Assembly (NCBI GenBank): GCA_964445575.1
Contig: CAYULB010000006.1
Span: 1,061 to 65,060, forward strand
DNA length: 64,000 nt
Source of the DNA: an uncultured Eubacteriales bacterium
GTDB lineage: Bacteria > Acidobacteriota > Aminicenantia > Aminicenantales > Aminicenantaceae
Direction: 5' to 3'
Shown here: positions 1-9,422 of the stretch, piece by piece
How positions within the stretch are numbered: position 1 is the stretch's first letter
How the letters are laid out: every line of letters starts with the position of its first letter
Notes under the pieces: model-generated
The model's input: the letters and a program-made list of their open reading frames with translations, nothing else
The model's database searches: none
What the model was told of the DNA's origin: nothing
Position numbers and translations under genes: made by a program

Positions 1-219
1 GGCAGCCACTACAATCTTAGCTGTCGCCAGAGCCGGGTTTTTGTGCAGCAAATCAGCATCAAAGCCGGCTTCTTTGGCCTTTTTGGTTAGAAATATTCCG
101 CCGGAAATCACGGCCACAGCAATGATGATTATCGCTACCACTGCTAAAACACCGCAGCCGATAGCTACTTTTTGGCCGGTTCCCAGGCCTTTTTTCTCAG
201 GTTTTTTTTCCTCTGTCAT
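1..219 (-). CDS. hypothetical membrane-anchored protein, N-terminal part (gene continues past the window start)
   Basis: Reverse-strand ATG at 217-219 follows a GGGAGA-like RBS. Translation MTEEKKPEKKGLGTGQKVAIGCGVLAVVAIIIIAVAVISGGIFLTKKAKEAGFDADLL... contains one TM helix. The frame stays open to position 1, so it is absent from the ORF track (no stop in window). Confidence 0.4.
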   Translation of the reverse strand, partial: MTEEKKPEKKGLGTGQKVAIGCGVLAVVAIIIIAVAVISGGIFLTKKAKEAGFDADLLHKNPALATAKIVVAA

Positions 220-303
220 TTTACGTCTCCCTTCATGAGATTGTTTTTCTTTTATTCTACTTATATTTGCTCAGATTGGCAAATGATATTGAGTGAGATT
301 CAA

Positions 304-1059
304 TCAATTAAAAGAACTGAAGACCCTCTTCCATACCCTCTCCATCAGCTCCTGCATATTTTCGTGATTGTATTCCTCTACGTTGATAGGAGGATGGAAT
401 ATGACTTTGACTTTTCCTTTTTTTATAAAACAGCTTCCTTTTGGCATTATTTCATAGGTTCCCAGAATGGAGACAGGAACAATAGGGGTCTGACTGTCTA
501 TGGCCAAGAAAAACCCGCCCCGTCTGAATTTTTGAAGTTTTCCGTCTCTGCTCCGGGTTCCTTCCGGAAAGATAAGAAAAGAGATGTTGTTTTTTTGAAT
601 CATTCGCACAGCCTTCTGCACGGCTCTCCTGCCACCTTTTTTTCCTTTTCTATCAACGGGAATGAAATGGGCCTCCTTCATGGCCAGTCCCACCACGGGA
701 AGCCGGAACACTCCTTTTTTCAGAATCACCCTTACGTACTGGGGGATGGCTTTAAACAGGATGGGCCCGTCCAGCATGCTGATATGATTGGGCATAAAGA
801 CATACCGGTTGTTTTTTTTGATCCGATGAAGACCCTGGTATTCGATTTTTAAACCCAGGATGACCTGCCCCACAGCAATAGCCTGTTTGCCCACAAAAAA
901 AAGAGGCTTTACCCAGTTAAAAAGCGCGCACACCAGAAGAAGCGGGATGAGCATAAAGGCGCAGAAGGCAATATAGAGATAAAGAATTATGGACCGCATG
1001 CCCTGATTATATATGGTGAGTGAAAAATGGCAAACAATAAAAGGTAGTATATAGGGCAT
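304..1059 (-). CDS. plsC: 1-acyl-sn-glycerol-3-phosphate acyltransferase
   Basis: HX4D acyltransferase motif 'NHISMLD', the 'FPEGTRSRDG' block, and N-terminal hydrophobic helices. The start could instead be the internal MRSI. Confidence 0.85.
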   Translation of the reverse strand: MPYILPFIVCHFSLTIYNQGMRSIILYLYIAFCAFMLIPLLLVCALFNWVKPLFFVGKQAIAVGQVILGLKIEYQGLHRIKKNNRYVFMPNHISMLDGPILFKAIPQYVRVILKKGVFRLPVVGLAMKEAHFIPVDRKGKKGGRRAVQKAVRMIQKNNISFLIFPEGTRSRDGKLQKFRRGGFFLAIDSQTPIVPVSILGTYEIMPKGSCFIKKGKVKVIFHPPINVEEYNHENMQELMERVWKRVFSSFN

Positions 1060-1195
1060 TGAAGATTGAAAATGGTAAATAGTAAATAGTTGCTGATAAA
1101 TAATAAAAAATATTTTTAAATTTAATGATTCTCACTTTATGCTTTGCTTTTTGTTGATTGATCATGATAGATTATTTCAATAAAAGGATGGAGTG

Positions 1196-1756
1196 ATGGA
1201 CTATTTAAAAATAGCTGAAGACCTGAATCAAACAGCCCGGGAATTTTTCCATAAAAAAGCAGACCTGCTGGACAGAGTGATTCAGAAAACAGTGGAGAAC
1301 TTAAAAAAAGGGAAGAAAATCCTGGTGTTCGGAAACGGAGGAAGCGCGGCTCAGGCACAGCATTTTGCCGCAGAACTGGTGAATAGGTTCTTAAAACAAA
1401 GACCGGCCGTGGCAGCCATTTCATTAACCACAGACACTTCAGCTCTCAGTTCGATTGCCAATGATACGGATTACAGCCAGGTTTTCTGCCGCCAGCTCCA
1501 GGCTTTAGGGAATCGTGATGATATTGCCCTCGGGATTTCCACCAGCGGGAACTCCCCTTCTGTGGTCAAAGCGCTCAAGGAGGCCAAGAACCGCCATCTG
1601 GTAACAGTGGCTTTAACAGGCAGAGGTGGGGGAAGCGCGGCCCAGGTCTCTGACTTCCTTCTGGATGTGCCTTCTACCTTCACTCCCAGAGTCCAGGAAG
1701 TGCACCTCATGGTCCTTCACATCATAGCCCAACAAATCGAAGACATTATTGATTAA
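1196..1756 (+). CDS. gmhA: SIS-domain phosphoheptose isomerase (D-sedoheptulose-7-phosphate isomerase; DiaA-like alternative)
   Basis: 'VFGNGGSAAQAQHFAAEL' and 'GISTSGNSPSV' SIS motifs. ATG at 1196 lies 7 nt after AGGA; the ORF track starts at GTG 1193. Confidence 0.8.
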   Translation: MDYLKIAEDLNQTAREFFHKKADLLDRVIQKTVENLKKGKKILVFGNGGSAAQAQHFAAELVNRFLKQRPAVAAISLTTDTSALSSIANDTDYSQVFCRQLQALGNRDDIALGISTSGNSPSVVKALKEAKNRHLVTVALTGRGGGSAAQVSDFLLDVPSTFTPRVQEVHLMVLHIIAQQIEDIID

Positions 1757-1846
1757 CCGAACAGTAGACCTGATAACCCTAAAAGATCAGAACAACAAGA
1801 AAAACCTAACAAACGCAGTCAACGGAATAAACGCGAAGTACGCGGT

Positions 1847-3709
1847 TTATCTGTGGCGCCAGAACCCCCCTCTTTTGGGTCTGGTCTTAGGCTCAAACGA
1901 TTTTTTTTCTTTTTCCTGTTCTGATTCTTGTTTTCCCTCAGCAGCTTCTTTATCTAAATAAACTTTTGACTTTTGTTCACTTTTATCGATTCTAAAGGAG
2001 CGTTCAGCTGCCCACAGGACTTCGTCTCTGAGCCCTTCTTCAGCCACCTGCTGAGTGAAGGCGCGCCGTCCTTCCACTAATTTATGTATGTACTGCTGGA
2101 TATCCTCTTCAGAATAATATTTTCTGGGGTCCCATTCATCCAGGCTCTGGCCCTCAACTTTGGCGATCTCTCTTGTCCCCAGCCTTCCTTTCTCATACTG
2201 GTTGGTTCCCCGGACATCGCCTCTCTGGATCTGCGCCATAAGGTTTATGGGGACCCGTTTGACTTTACGGACCAGTCTTTTTTTCTTTTTTCCGTTTTCT
2301 TCATAAGTCTCTATGACCTCTCCCACTCCTCCGGTGTTGTACTGCATGCACTTGAGTTTGTCCGGATAATTGCTGGAGAGTGTCATAAGGATTTCATAAA
2401 GACGGTTCACCTTCTTGGCCCGGGACCCGATGATAAAGGGATCAGTTCCCACGATACGGACGGTTTCTCCGGCTTTCTCCGGCTGACTGGCGTAAGAGTG
2501 AGTGCTTTCTCCCCAGAGGTAAGCAAGAACAGCCTGGGCCGGGGTGAGTTCCTGGGCAAAAGACATGATGGTGTTTCGCCTGGTGATAAAGGCGAAAATC
2601 AGCCCGTCCAGCTCTTCGATAGGAGGAAGGTTGATGGAGTCGGAAAAGATGTTTTCCATTTTCCTTTTTATTTTGACTCTCAGCTTTTTACGCTGGATCA
2701 CCGCTCTTCCATTGGCGGTCAAGCTTTCGTCCATGAAATCCGGTTCCCCGTTGGCTTTGATCATCACGTTTTCATAGAGTGCGGTCTTATCGATCAGGGC
2801 ATTGTACATGGCTTCCTGATATTTTTCTTCCACATCGGTTTTGACAAAGAAGTTGTTTTCTGAACCCAGTGCTGAGCCATTTTTTCTCAAAAAGCAGATG
2901 TCATCCTGAGTGACCAGGGTCTTCTCGCCTCTGCTGTGGTCCAGACCCAGTTGATGACAGGACCAGGTGGACTTGCCGGTGGCAGTGAGCCCGAACAGGA
3001 ACACCCCGTATTTTTTCAGCTTTCCATCCTGATCCACAGCCTTAACCACTTTTGTGCCGGCATGAAGCCCCAGCATTCCTTTACTGTCAGCGCTCCACAT
3101 GGCCTGGCGCAGGAATCCCTTTTTGTCCTCTCCCATGTAATCGGTTCCCAAAGCGATGTTGATGTGGTGTTCGGGAACGGCCATCACCTGCTGTCTCAAG
3201 GGATGCTCTTCAGGAATATGGATCATGAAAAACTCTGGTGCGGGCCTTTTTTGAGGGTCATCTTCGGCCTTGAACATGGTGGAGCCCCACATATACCCGA
3301 GCCGGTAATTTATGGCATCAGCTTCGGAAACAATGAGGTTGCACACTGGATTGTACACCTGGTTTTCTCCCATCCGGCGCCGGATGTGATAAAAAGGCAG
3401 GGTTCTCAGAAGATGAAGAACTTTGTCCAATTCTTCAGGAGCGTTTGATATGATATTTTTCTGCAAGTCCGTGGGGTGGGGAAGCCTGACTGATTCGCTT
3501 CCCAGGTAAGCTGTTTTAGGGGCAATTCGGCTGGATATGGTTGAGCGCCAGCCATAAGAGCCGTACTTGGTCTTAATTCCCACTGCTTTGGCTCTGGATT
3601 CCAGCCATTTCAGACTGACGGTTTTGATATTGGGCCCTTGGAGGACCCTTTTTAGCTCTTCGGAAAATTTCTGATAGGCTTTGGTATCATAAAGGCTTTG
3701 GTCATTCAT
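1847..3709 (-). CDS. divergent phosphoenolpyruvate carboxykinase (ATP)-like protein with a Lys/Glu-rich C-terminal tail
   Basis: Kinase-1a P-loop 'FGLTATGKST', a following 'TQDD' acidic motif, 'ANGRAVI', and a C-terminal 'QYNTGGVG' block. By eye these parallel PckA 'GLSGTGKTT', 'GDDEH', 'NTRVSYP' and 'LVNTGW'. Confidence 0.6.
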   Translation of the reverse strand: MNDQSLYDTKAYQKFSEELKRVLQGPNIKTVSLKWLESRAKAVGIKTKYGSYGWRSTISSRIAPKTAYLGSESVRLPHPTDLQKNIISNAPEELDKVLHLLRTLPFYHIRRRMGENQVYNPVCNLIVSEADAINYRLGYMWGSTMFKAEDDPQKRPAPEFFMIHIPEEHPLRQQVMAVPEHHINIALGTDYMGEDKKGFLRQAMWSADSKGMLGLHAGTKVVKAVDQDGKLKKYGVFLFGLTATGKSTWSCHQLGLDHSRGEKTLVTQDDICFLRKNGSALGSENNFFVKTDVEEKYQEAMYNALIDKTALYENVMIKANGEPDFMDESLTANGRAVIQRKKLRVKIKRKMENIFSDSINLPPIEELDGLIFAFITRRNTIMSFAQELTPAQAVLAYLWGESTHSYASQPEKAGETVRIVGTDPFIIGSRAKKVNRLYEILMTLSSNYPDKLKCMQYNTGGVGEVIETYEENGKKKKRLVRKVKRVPINLMAQIQRGDVRGTNQYEKGRLGTREIAKVEGQSLDEWDPRKYYSEEDIQQYIHKLVEGRRAFTQQVAEEGLRDEVLWAAERSFRIDKSEQKSKVYLDKEAAEGKQESEQEKEKKSFEPKTRPKRGGFWRHR

Positions 3710-3732
3710 ATCAATTTTTTATTATCACATCC

Positions 3733-6081
3733 CTATTCTGGTTCTTGTTTCATAATATTGAATATATGATCGGGTTTTGCCTGCCCGCTGTTTATCAAGT
3801 AGCAGGAAGTGCTCTTGAGCAGTTTTTTATAAAATTCTCTTTGAGATTCGAGGCGGTCAGGTGTGGTGAGCAGAATATGAGGATTGTAGAAAGGATTTCT
3901 TTTGGCAGGGCCGATTTCAGGAAGAGTTCCCAAAGCTTCTCCGGATTCCAGCATCCTCAGGGCATCTTCTGGTTCCAGTTTGACCGAAGGCGGTGAGACC
4001 TGGTCTTTTCTCAGGATAAACAGCCAGCGGAGAGCACTGCGCTTGATGTGTTTTTCAGGTCCTTTGATCCAGTAAGGGTCTAACATGGCATAGGAATTTT
4101 CTCCGGCTTCATAGCAGAAGGGAGAGCCCCTGTCCAGACGGCAGTCGTCTTGCTCCAGACAGGTCTGATTCCGGCAGTCTTCTTTTTTGAGCACCACGTT
4201 TTCGCACTTGCTGCTGTCAAAAAAGGAGGCAAATTGAGGGTAATACTTGGTCACATTGGTGGGCATGAACAGTTTTCTTTCAGGAGTATCAGCCACAGGA
4301 GTGGGCCCGGAAAACCGGACAAAAACGATTTCGTTTGACTGAAGCCGGACCTCCGGAGACTGGAGCAGACTGAAGAAATATTTTGTTTTACTGGTCCCCT
4401 TGGGTCCCATCAGTGCAAAGGAATCCCCATGGTACTCAGCACACATGCCCCGGACTGCCTGAACATTGAACAGTCTTTCCGAGACATCCATGACCAGTCC
4501 CAGGGCAAGGCTCCGGAGAGGTTCGTAATTGTCGGCATTGACCATGACTCCGGTGTTGGTTTCTGAGTTATAAAACAGCCGGGGCTGGCGCCCAGGGATT
4601 TTATCCACAGCATAGATGATCCCGTGGGGCTCAAGGTCTGATTCCAGTTGAGCCGGGTACCAGTTTTCTATCCAGAAGTCATAGAGGTGGGGAACATTGG
4701 TCCTCAGCTGAACAACAACACCGTTGATATTGGCGTTCCATTCAAAATAGTTTTCATAGCTGAGATGATTTTCCATTTCACCGATCAAGGCTTCCTTCAT
4801 CTGAGTGGAGAGGGATGAGTCCACAGGCGGTTTGGATTGAGAGTGGGTGATGGAATTGTTGAGCGATATCCTCTTGGCTTTTTTAGCTGGTTTGAGTTCA
4901 GATAATGCCTGGGTGATCCGGTCCAATCCTTTTTCAAGGTTTTCCATGGAGGTGGCATAGGAGATGCGGATGTATCCCTCAGCTCCGAACGCACCGCCCG
5001 GCACCACAGCCACTTTTGCCTGTTTCAGCAGATAATAAGCCATCCCAAATGAATTGCGTATTTGGTTGTTTTTGAACTCTTTATCAAAAAAGGAGGTCAC
5101 ATTGGGGAACAGATAAAAAGCTCCTTTTGATTCAAAACAGGAGAGTCCCTGGATGGACTTCAGCCTCATGAAGGTATAATTCCTCCTCCTCTGAAATTCC
5201 GAGGCCATTTTTGAGATAGTGTCTTGAAGGCCGGTGAGAGCTTCCAGACTTGCTTTTTGAGAGATAGAACAGGGATTGGAGGTGGTGTGGCTTTGAATCC
5301 GGTTCATGGCGCTTATGATTTCAGAGGGGCCCGCGGTATATCCGATTCTCCATCCGGTCATGGAATAAGCCTTGGAAACTCCGTTGATCACAATGGTTTT
5401 TCTTTTGATTTCTTCTCCCAAAGAAGCAAAGCTGTGGAATTCTGCGTCTTCATACACTAATTTTTCATATATCTCATCCGCTATCACAAAGATATCCTCT
5501 TCCAGAACAATGTCTGCCAGGGCTTCCAGTTGAGCTTTTTTGTAAACAGCGCCGGTTGGATTAGAGGGATTGTTCAGGATGACAGCTTTTGTTTTCGGAG
5601 AGATGGATGATTCCAGCTGTTCCGGGGTTATGATGAATCCGTTTTCCTCTTTAGCCTGGAGAAAAACAGGTTTCCCTTGAGCTAAAGACACGGCATGGGG
5701 ATAGGTCACCCAGTAGGGCGATGGAATGATGACTTCGTCTCCCTGGCTGATAATGGCCTGTATGAGATGAAACAGAGAGCTTTTGGCTCCTGTAGAAATA
5801 ATGACCTGATTTGGTTCATAATTCAGGCCGTTTTCCTTTTTTAATTTATCAGCAACGGCCTGCTTGAGTGCGGGAATACCTTCAATCTGAGTGTATTTGG
5901 TGAAGTTTTCTTCAATGGCTTTGATTCCTGCTTTTTTTATGTTTTCAGGTGTTGGAAAATCAGGTTCTCCTACACTCAGGTCAATCACATCAATTCCCTG
6001 GGATTTCATTGCATTGGCTTTGGCATTGACCTTAAAGGTCGGCGATTCACCGATTTGATTTGCCTTTTCTGATAAAATCAT
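3733..6081 (-). CDS. fusion protein: class-I (aspartate-type) PLP aminotransferase (aa 1-397) plus C-terminal PEPCK/HprK-like P-loop domain (aa ~440-782)
   Basis: N-terminal part: 'NPSNPTG' and the PLP-lysine block 'SKAYSMTGWRIGY'. A Ser/Lys-rich linker follows. C-terminal part: degenerate P-loop 'GPKGTSKT' (4384-4407), a five-Cys cluster, and a terminal 'CYLINSG'. The 782 codons contain no stop. Confidence 0.75.
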   Translation of the reverse strand: MILSEKANQIGESPTFKVNAKANAMKSQGIDVIDLSVGEPDFPTPENIKKAGIKAIEENFTKYTQIEGIPALKQAVADKLKKENGLNYEPNQVIISTGAKSSLFHLIQAIISQGDEVIIPSPYWVTYPHAVSLAQGKPVFLQAKEENGFIITPEQLESSISPKTKAVILNNPSNPTGAVYKKAQLEALADIVLEEDIFVIADEIYEKLVYEDAEFHSFASLGEEIKRKTIVINGVSKAYSMTGWRIGYTAGPSEIISAMNRIQSHTTSNPCSISQKASLEALTGLQDTISKMASEFQRRRNYTFMRLKSIQGLSCFESKGAFYLFPNVTSFFDKEFKNNQIRNSFGMAYYLLKQAKVAVVPGGAFGAEGYIRISYATSMENLEKGLDRITQALSELKPAKKAKRISLNNSITHSQSKPPVDSSLSTQMKEALIGEMENHLSYENYFEWNANINGVVVQLRTNVPHLYDFWIENWYPAQLESDLEPHGIIYAVDKIPGRQPRLFYNSETNTGVMVNADNYEPLRSLALGLVMDVSERLFNVQAVRGMCAEYHGDSFALMGPKGTSKTKYFFSLLQSPEVRLQSNEIVFVRFSGPTPVADTPERKLFMPTNVTKYYPQFASFFDSSKCENVVLKKEDCRNQTCLEQDDCRLDRGSPFCYEAGENSYAMLDPYWIKGPEKHIKRSALRWLFILRKDQVSPPSVKLEPEDALRMLESGEALGTLPEIGPAKRNPFYNPHILLTTPDRLESQREFYKKLLKSTSCYLINSGQAKPDHIFNIMKQEPE

Positions 6082-6103
6082 TTTTATCGTCTCAATTTAC
6101 CTG

Positions 6104-7513
6104 TCAGTCTTTTTCTTTTTTTTCTGTGCTGAATTTTTCTTTGAAGTATTCTTTGAGGTCCACACCGGTGAGAGATTTCACCACATCCGGCATTTGGGCC
6201 AGCACCTCTGCAACCTGAGAGGTGATTTTAGTGGCTCCGGTTCCTTTGTCTCCGCCCACCAAAATGATCTTGTCGACTTTTGAAAGAGGTTCGGAGACGT
6301 TCTTGGCCAGTTCAGGAAGCATCTTTAGATAGATATCTAAGATAGCGGCCTGGTTGTATTTGCCCCATGCTTCGGCTTTTTTCAGCATGGCTTCGGCCTC
6401 AGCACCCCCCTGTTCTCTGAGTCGTTCGGCCTCTGCTTTTCCTTCCAGCCGGCTGGCTTCTGCTTTTCCCTTTGCCTCGGCTTGGATCCGGAATCCTTCT
6501 GCTTCAGCTTCGGCTTGGATCTGATATTTTCTGGCATCTGAAGGTTTGATGACCATGGCATCAAGCTCTTTTTGCTTTCTTTTGATTTCCATCTCTTCTA
6601 ATTTTATGGCTTCCTGTTTTTCAATAGACCTGACCTTGGATTCTTCTTTCTTTATCTCCTGGCTCAACCGGTGGCGTTCCAGTTCGTAAGCATGGTCGGC
6701 CTGTGCTTTTTTGCTGTTGACCTGTACCTGAGATTCTGCTTTTTTGCCTTCGTTTTCCCACTGGGCTTTGGCAATAAGGGCTTCGGAATTGAGCCGTGCG
6801 ATTTCTCCTTCTTTCCTGGCTTCGGATGATTTAATGACTGCTTCTTTTTCTGTTTCTGCTTCGGCTATGGCTGCGTCCCTTTTAGCCGCTGCAATGTAAG
6901 GCTTTCCCAGAGCGTCCAGGTAGCCCTGGGTGTCATGGATCTCCTTTAAAGAGAAAGAGAGAAGCTTAAGCCCCATATTCGAAAATTCTTCTTTAACTGA
7001 CTCCATGACTTTTTCAGCAAATTTATGCCGACCCCTGTAGATATCTTCCACGGTCAGCGCCCCAATGGCTGCTCTCATTTTCCCATCCAGAATTGCCTCG
7101 GAGACCTCCCGGATTCCATCTTTTCCGGTTCCCAAGAACTGTTCTGCAGCCAGGTGGATGGAATCTTCGTCTGAGACGATTTTCACTTGAGCGGAAGCTT
7201 CTGCCTGAATGAGAATTCCGTTGTGGGTGAGCACTTCCGGAGTTTTTAGGCTGAGGTTGATCACATCCATGGGCAGGATGTCCACTGTTTCCAAGAGCGG
7301 CCATACAAATGTTCCTCCTCCTAAACGGTACCGGTAGCCGATTTTTCGCTTTCTTCCGTCAGGAAGCGTTATGGTCTTTTTCAATCCTCCTGAAATAATC
7401 AGGGCTTCATTAGGTCCTACCTTTTTGTACTGCTTGGCGATTAAAAAAGACAGCAAAACTACAGCGGCCACAATCGCTGAAATGATTATTATTGTAGAGA
7501 GGGATATCATCAT
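6104..7513 (-). CDS. flotillin / SPFH (band 7) domain membrane protein
   Basis: N-terminal TM helix followed by 'YKKVGPNEALIISGG', an SPFH core, and a long Ala/Glu/Lys coiled coil ('QAEAEAEGFRIQAEAKGKAEA') typical of FloT/YuaG-type flotillins. Confidence 0.8.
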   Translation of the reverse strand: MMISLSTIIIISAIVAAVVLLSFLIAKQYKKVGPNEALIISGGLKKTITLPDGRKRKIGYRYRLGGGTFVWPLLETVDILPMDVINLSLKTPEVLTHNGILIQAEASAQVKIVSDEDSIHLAAEQFLGTGKDGIREVSEAILDGKMRAAIGALTVEDIYRGRHKFAEKVMESVKEEFSNMGLKLLSFSLKEIHDTQGYLDALGKPYIAAAKRDAAIAEAETEKEAVIKSSEARKEGEIARLNSEALIAKAQWENEGKKAESQVQVNSKKAQADHAYELERHRLSQEIKKEESKVRSIEKQEAIKLEEMEIKRKQKELDAMVIKPSDARKYQIQAEAEAEGFRIQAEAKGKAEASRLEGKAEAERLREQGGAEAEAMLKKAEAWGKYNQAAILDIYLKMLPELAKNVSEPLSKVDKIILVGGDKGTGATKITSQVAEVLAQMPDVVKSLTGVDLKEYFKEKFSTEKKEKD

Positions 7514-7597
7514 AACCTCCTTTTATTTCATGCGGTTTTTCATTGAAAAGATATTATAATTATTTATTGGCCATTTTTAAAGAAATATATTCTGCGG

Positions 7598-8539
7598 TTA
7601 ACGAGTTCTTTTGATTTCTTTTTTGAAGTATTCCACGGTTCGTTCCAAGCCCTGTTCAAGGCTGATTTTGGGCTCCCATCCCAATTTGCTTTTAGCAAGA
7701 GAGATATCCGGACAGCGCCTCAGGGGATCGTCTTTAGGAAGAGGCTGGTGCACTATTTTGGAACTGCTTTTAGTTAGCTGGATGACTTTTTCTGCCAGCT
7801 CAAGAATGGTGTGTTCTCCAGGATAGCCCAAGTTGACCGGCCCGCTGAAGTCTTGAGTCTTCATCATGGAGGTCAGTCCTTGAATCATGTCTGAGACATA
7901 GCAGAAGGAACGGGTTTGGCTTCCGTCTCCAAATACTGTCAGAGGCTCACCTTTGAGAGCCTGGACAATAAAGCTGCTGACCACTCTTCCGTCATCCGGT
8001 GCCATGTGAGGTCCGTAAGTGTTGAAAATCCTGCATATCTTTATGTTCACCTTGTTTTGTCTGTGGTAGTCTATCATCAGAGTTTCAGCCACTCTTTTTC
8101 CTTCATCATAGCAGCTTCTCAGGCCAACGGGATTGACGTTTCCCCAGTATTCTTCAGGTTGGGGGTGTTCAGCCGGGTCGCCGTAGATTTCTGATGATGA
8201 GGCCAGCAGGATTTTGGCCTTAGTCCTTTTTGCCAGGCCCAGCATATTTATGGTTCCCATAACATTTGTTTTAATGGTTTTTATGGCATTGTATTGATAG
8301 TGAATAGGCGATGCCGGACAGGCGAGGTGATAGATCTGGTCTATTTCTGCGAAAAAAGGATGAATGATGTCATGTCTTGTGAATTCAAAGTAGGGATGGT
8401 TCAGAAGGTCTCTGATGTTGTTTTTGCTTCCTGAAAAAAAGTTGTCCAGACACACCACATCTTTGTTCTCCTTAAGAAGTTCTTTGCAGAGGTGGGTCCC
8501 TAAAAATCCGGCACCTCCTGTAACCAGTATCCGCTGCAT
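7598..8539 (-). CDS. UDP-glucuronate decarboxylase (UDP-xylose synthase-type SDR)
   Basis: Rossmann motif '[12 protein letters not shown]', catalytic 'YDEGKR' (YxxxK), and an overall extended-SDR pattern like UXS/ArnA C-terminal domains. Confidence 0.8.
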   Translation of the reverse strand: MQRILVTGGAGFLGTHLCKELLKENKDVVCLDNFFSGSKNNIRDLLNHPYFEFTRHDIIHPFFAEIDQIYHLACPASPIHYQYNAIKTIKTNVMGTINMLGLAKRTKAKILLASSSEIYGDPAEHPQPEEYWGNVNPVGLRSCYDEGKRVAETLMIDYHRQNKVNIKICRIFNTYGPHMAPDDGRVVSSFIVQALKGEPLTVFGDGSQTRSFCYVSDMIQGLTSMMKTQDFSGPVNLGYPGEHTILELAEKVIQLTKSSSKIVHQPLPKDDPLRRCPDISLAKSKLGWEPKISLEQGLERTVEYFKKEIKRTR

Positions 8540-8541
8540 TT

Positions 8542-9291
8542 TTATTCCTCATGATTGTAAGCAATGAAAAGAGGGCTTTTCTGTTTGAGAAAGTCTTTTT
8601 GTGACTGGATGATTTCTTTGATGCCTTTTTCAGCCAGGTCGAGGAGGAGGCGGAAATTTTCTTTGAGAAAAGGAGATTTTTCAGCAGATGCTTGGATTTC
8701 TACAAAGCCTCCGGTATCTGTGCCGATGACATTCATGTCCACAGAAGCATTTGAGTCCTCTGTATAGTCAAGGTCTAGAAGGCTTTCTCCATCCAGGATT
8801 CCCACGCTGACAGCTCCGGCCAGGTTTTTTAAAGGCATCTGCTTGATTTTTTCGTCTTTCAAGAGTTTTTTTAAAGCCAGGGCCAAAGAAATGCATCCTG
8901 CAGTCACCGAAGCGGTCCGGGTTCCTCCATCAGCTTGAATGACGTCACAGTCAATGATTATGGTTCTCTCTCCTAAGGCCCGGAGGTCTGTCACCGCTCT
9001 TAATGAGCGTCCGATCAGTCTCTGGATCTCTTTGGTGCGGCCGGAAATCCTGGCTCCCCTTTCTCTGCGAGTCCTTATTTCAGTGGAGCGGGGAAGCATA
9101 GAGTATTCAGCTGTGACCCAGCCCGACCCTTCTCCTTTAAGAAAAACGGGAATGTTTTCTTCAATAGTGGCTGAGGTAATGATTTTGGTTTTTCCCAGTT
9201 CTATTTGAACCGAACCCTCTGAGTAATCCAGGGGGTCTGGTATGAGTTTGAGCGGCCTCAATTGGTCTGGCTTTCTGTCGTAGGCCCTCAT
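8542..9291 (-). CDS. rph: ribonuclease PH
   Basis: '[13 protein letters not shown]', '[14 protein letters not shown]', '[15 protein letters not shown]' and '[15 protein letters not shown]' are characteristic RNase PH blocks. Confidence 0.9.
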   Translation of the reverse strand: MRAYDRKPDQLRPLKLIPDPLDYSEGSVQIELGKTKIITSATIEENIPVFLKGEGSGWVTAEYSMLPRSTEIRTRRERGARISGRTKEIQRLIGRSLRAVTDLRALGERTIIIDCDVIQADGGTRTASVTAGCISLALALKKLLKDEKIKQMPLKNLAGAVSVGILDGESLLDLDYTEDSNASVDMNVIGTDTGGFVEIQASAEKSPFLKENFRLLLDLAEKGIKEIIQSQKDFLKQKSPLFIAYNHEE

Positions 9292-9391
9292 TTTTTTGAG
9301 CTTTTCCCTGATGACATTAGTGAATCCTGAATATACAGGATAGTACAGTTAAAAAAAAAGTTCAAACAATAAAAACCTACCCTATTCCCTA

Positions 9392-9422
9392 TTAACCTGG
9401 ACTCATGAATAATCCAGGTTAG
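9392..9422. repeat. solo palindromic copy of the dispersed intergenic repeat (TAACCTGGA-N11-TCCAGGTTA)
   Basis: TAACCTGGA at 9393-9401 and its exact reverse complement at 9413-9421. The core TGAATAATCCAGGTTA is identical to 49522-49537 and is the reverse complement of 32764-32779. Confidence 0.7.

Noticed and set aside
41-238. 65-aa plus-strand ORF at the window start
   Set aside because: The opposite strand gives a more convincing gene start: an RBS plus ATG at 217-219, with a TM helix.
172-852. 226-aa plus-strand ORF
   Set aside because: It lies entirely antisense to the well-supported plsC gene and the upstream partial gene. Its composition is low-complexity and Phe-rich, typical of a shadow ORF.
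2084-2863. 259-aa plus-strand ORF (and 2936-3448, 170 aa)
   Set aside because: Both are antisense shadows inside the PEPCK-like gene. They have no motifs and no RBS.
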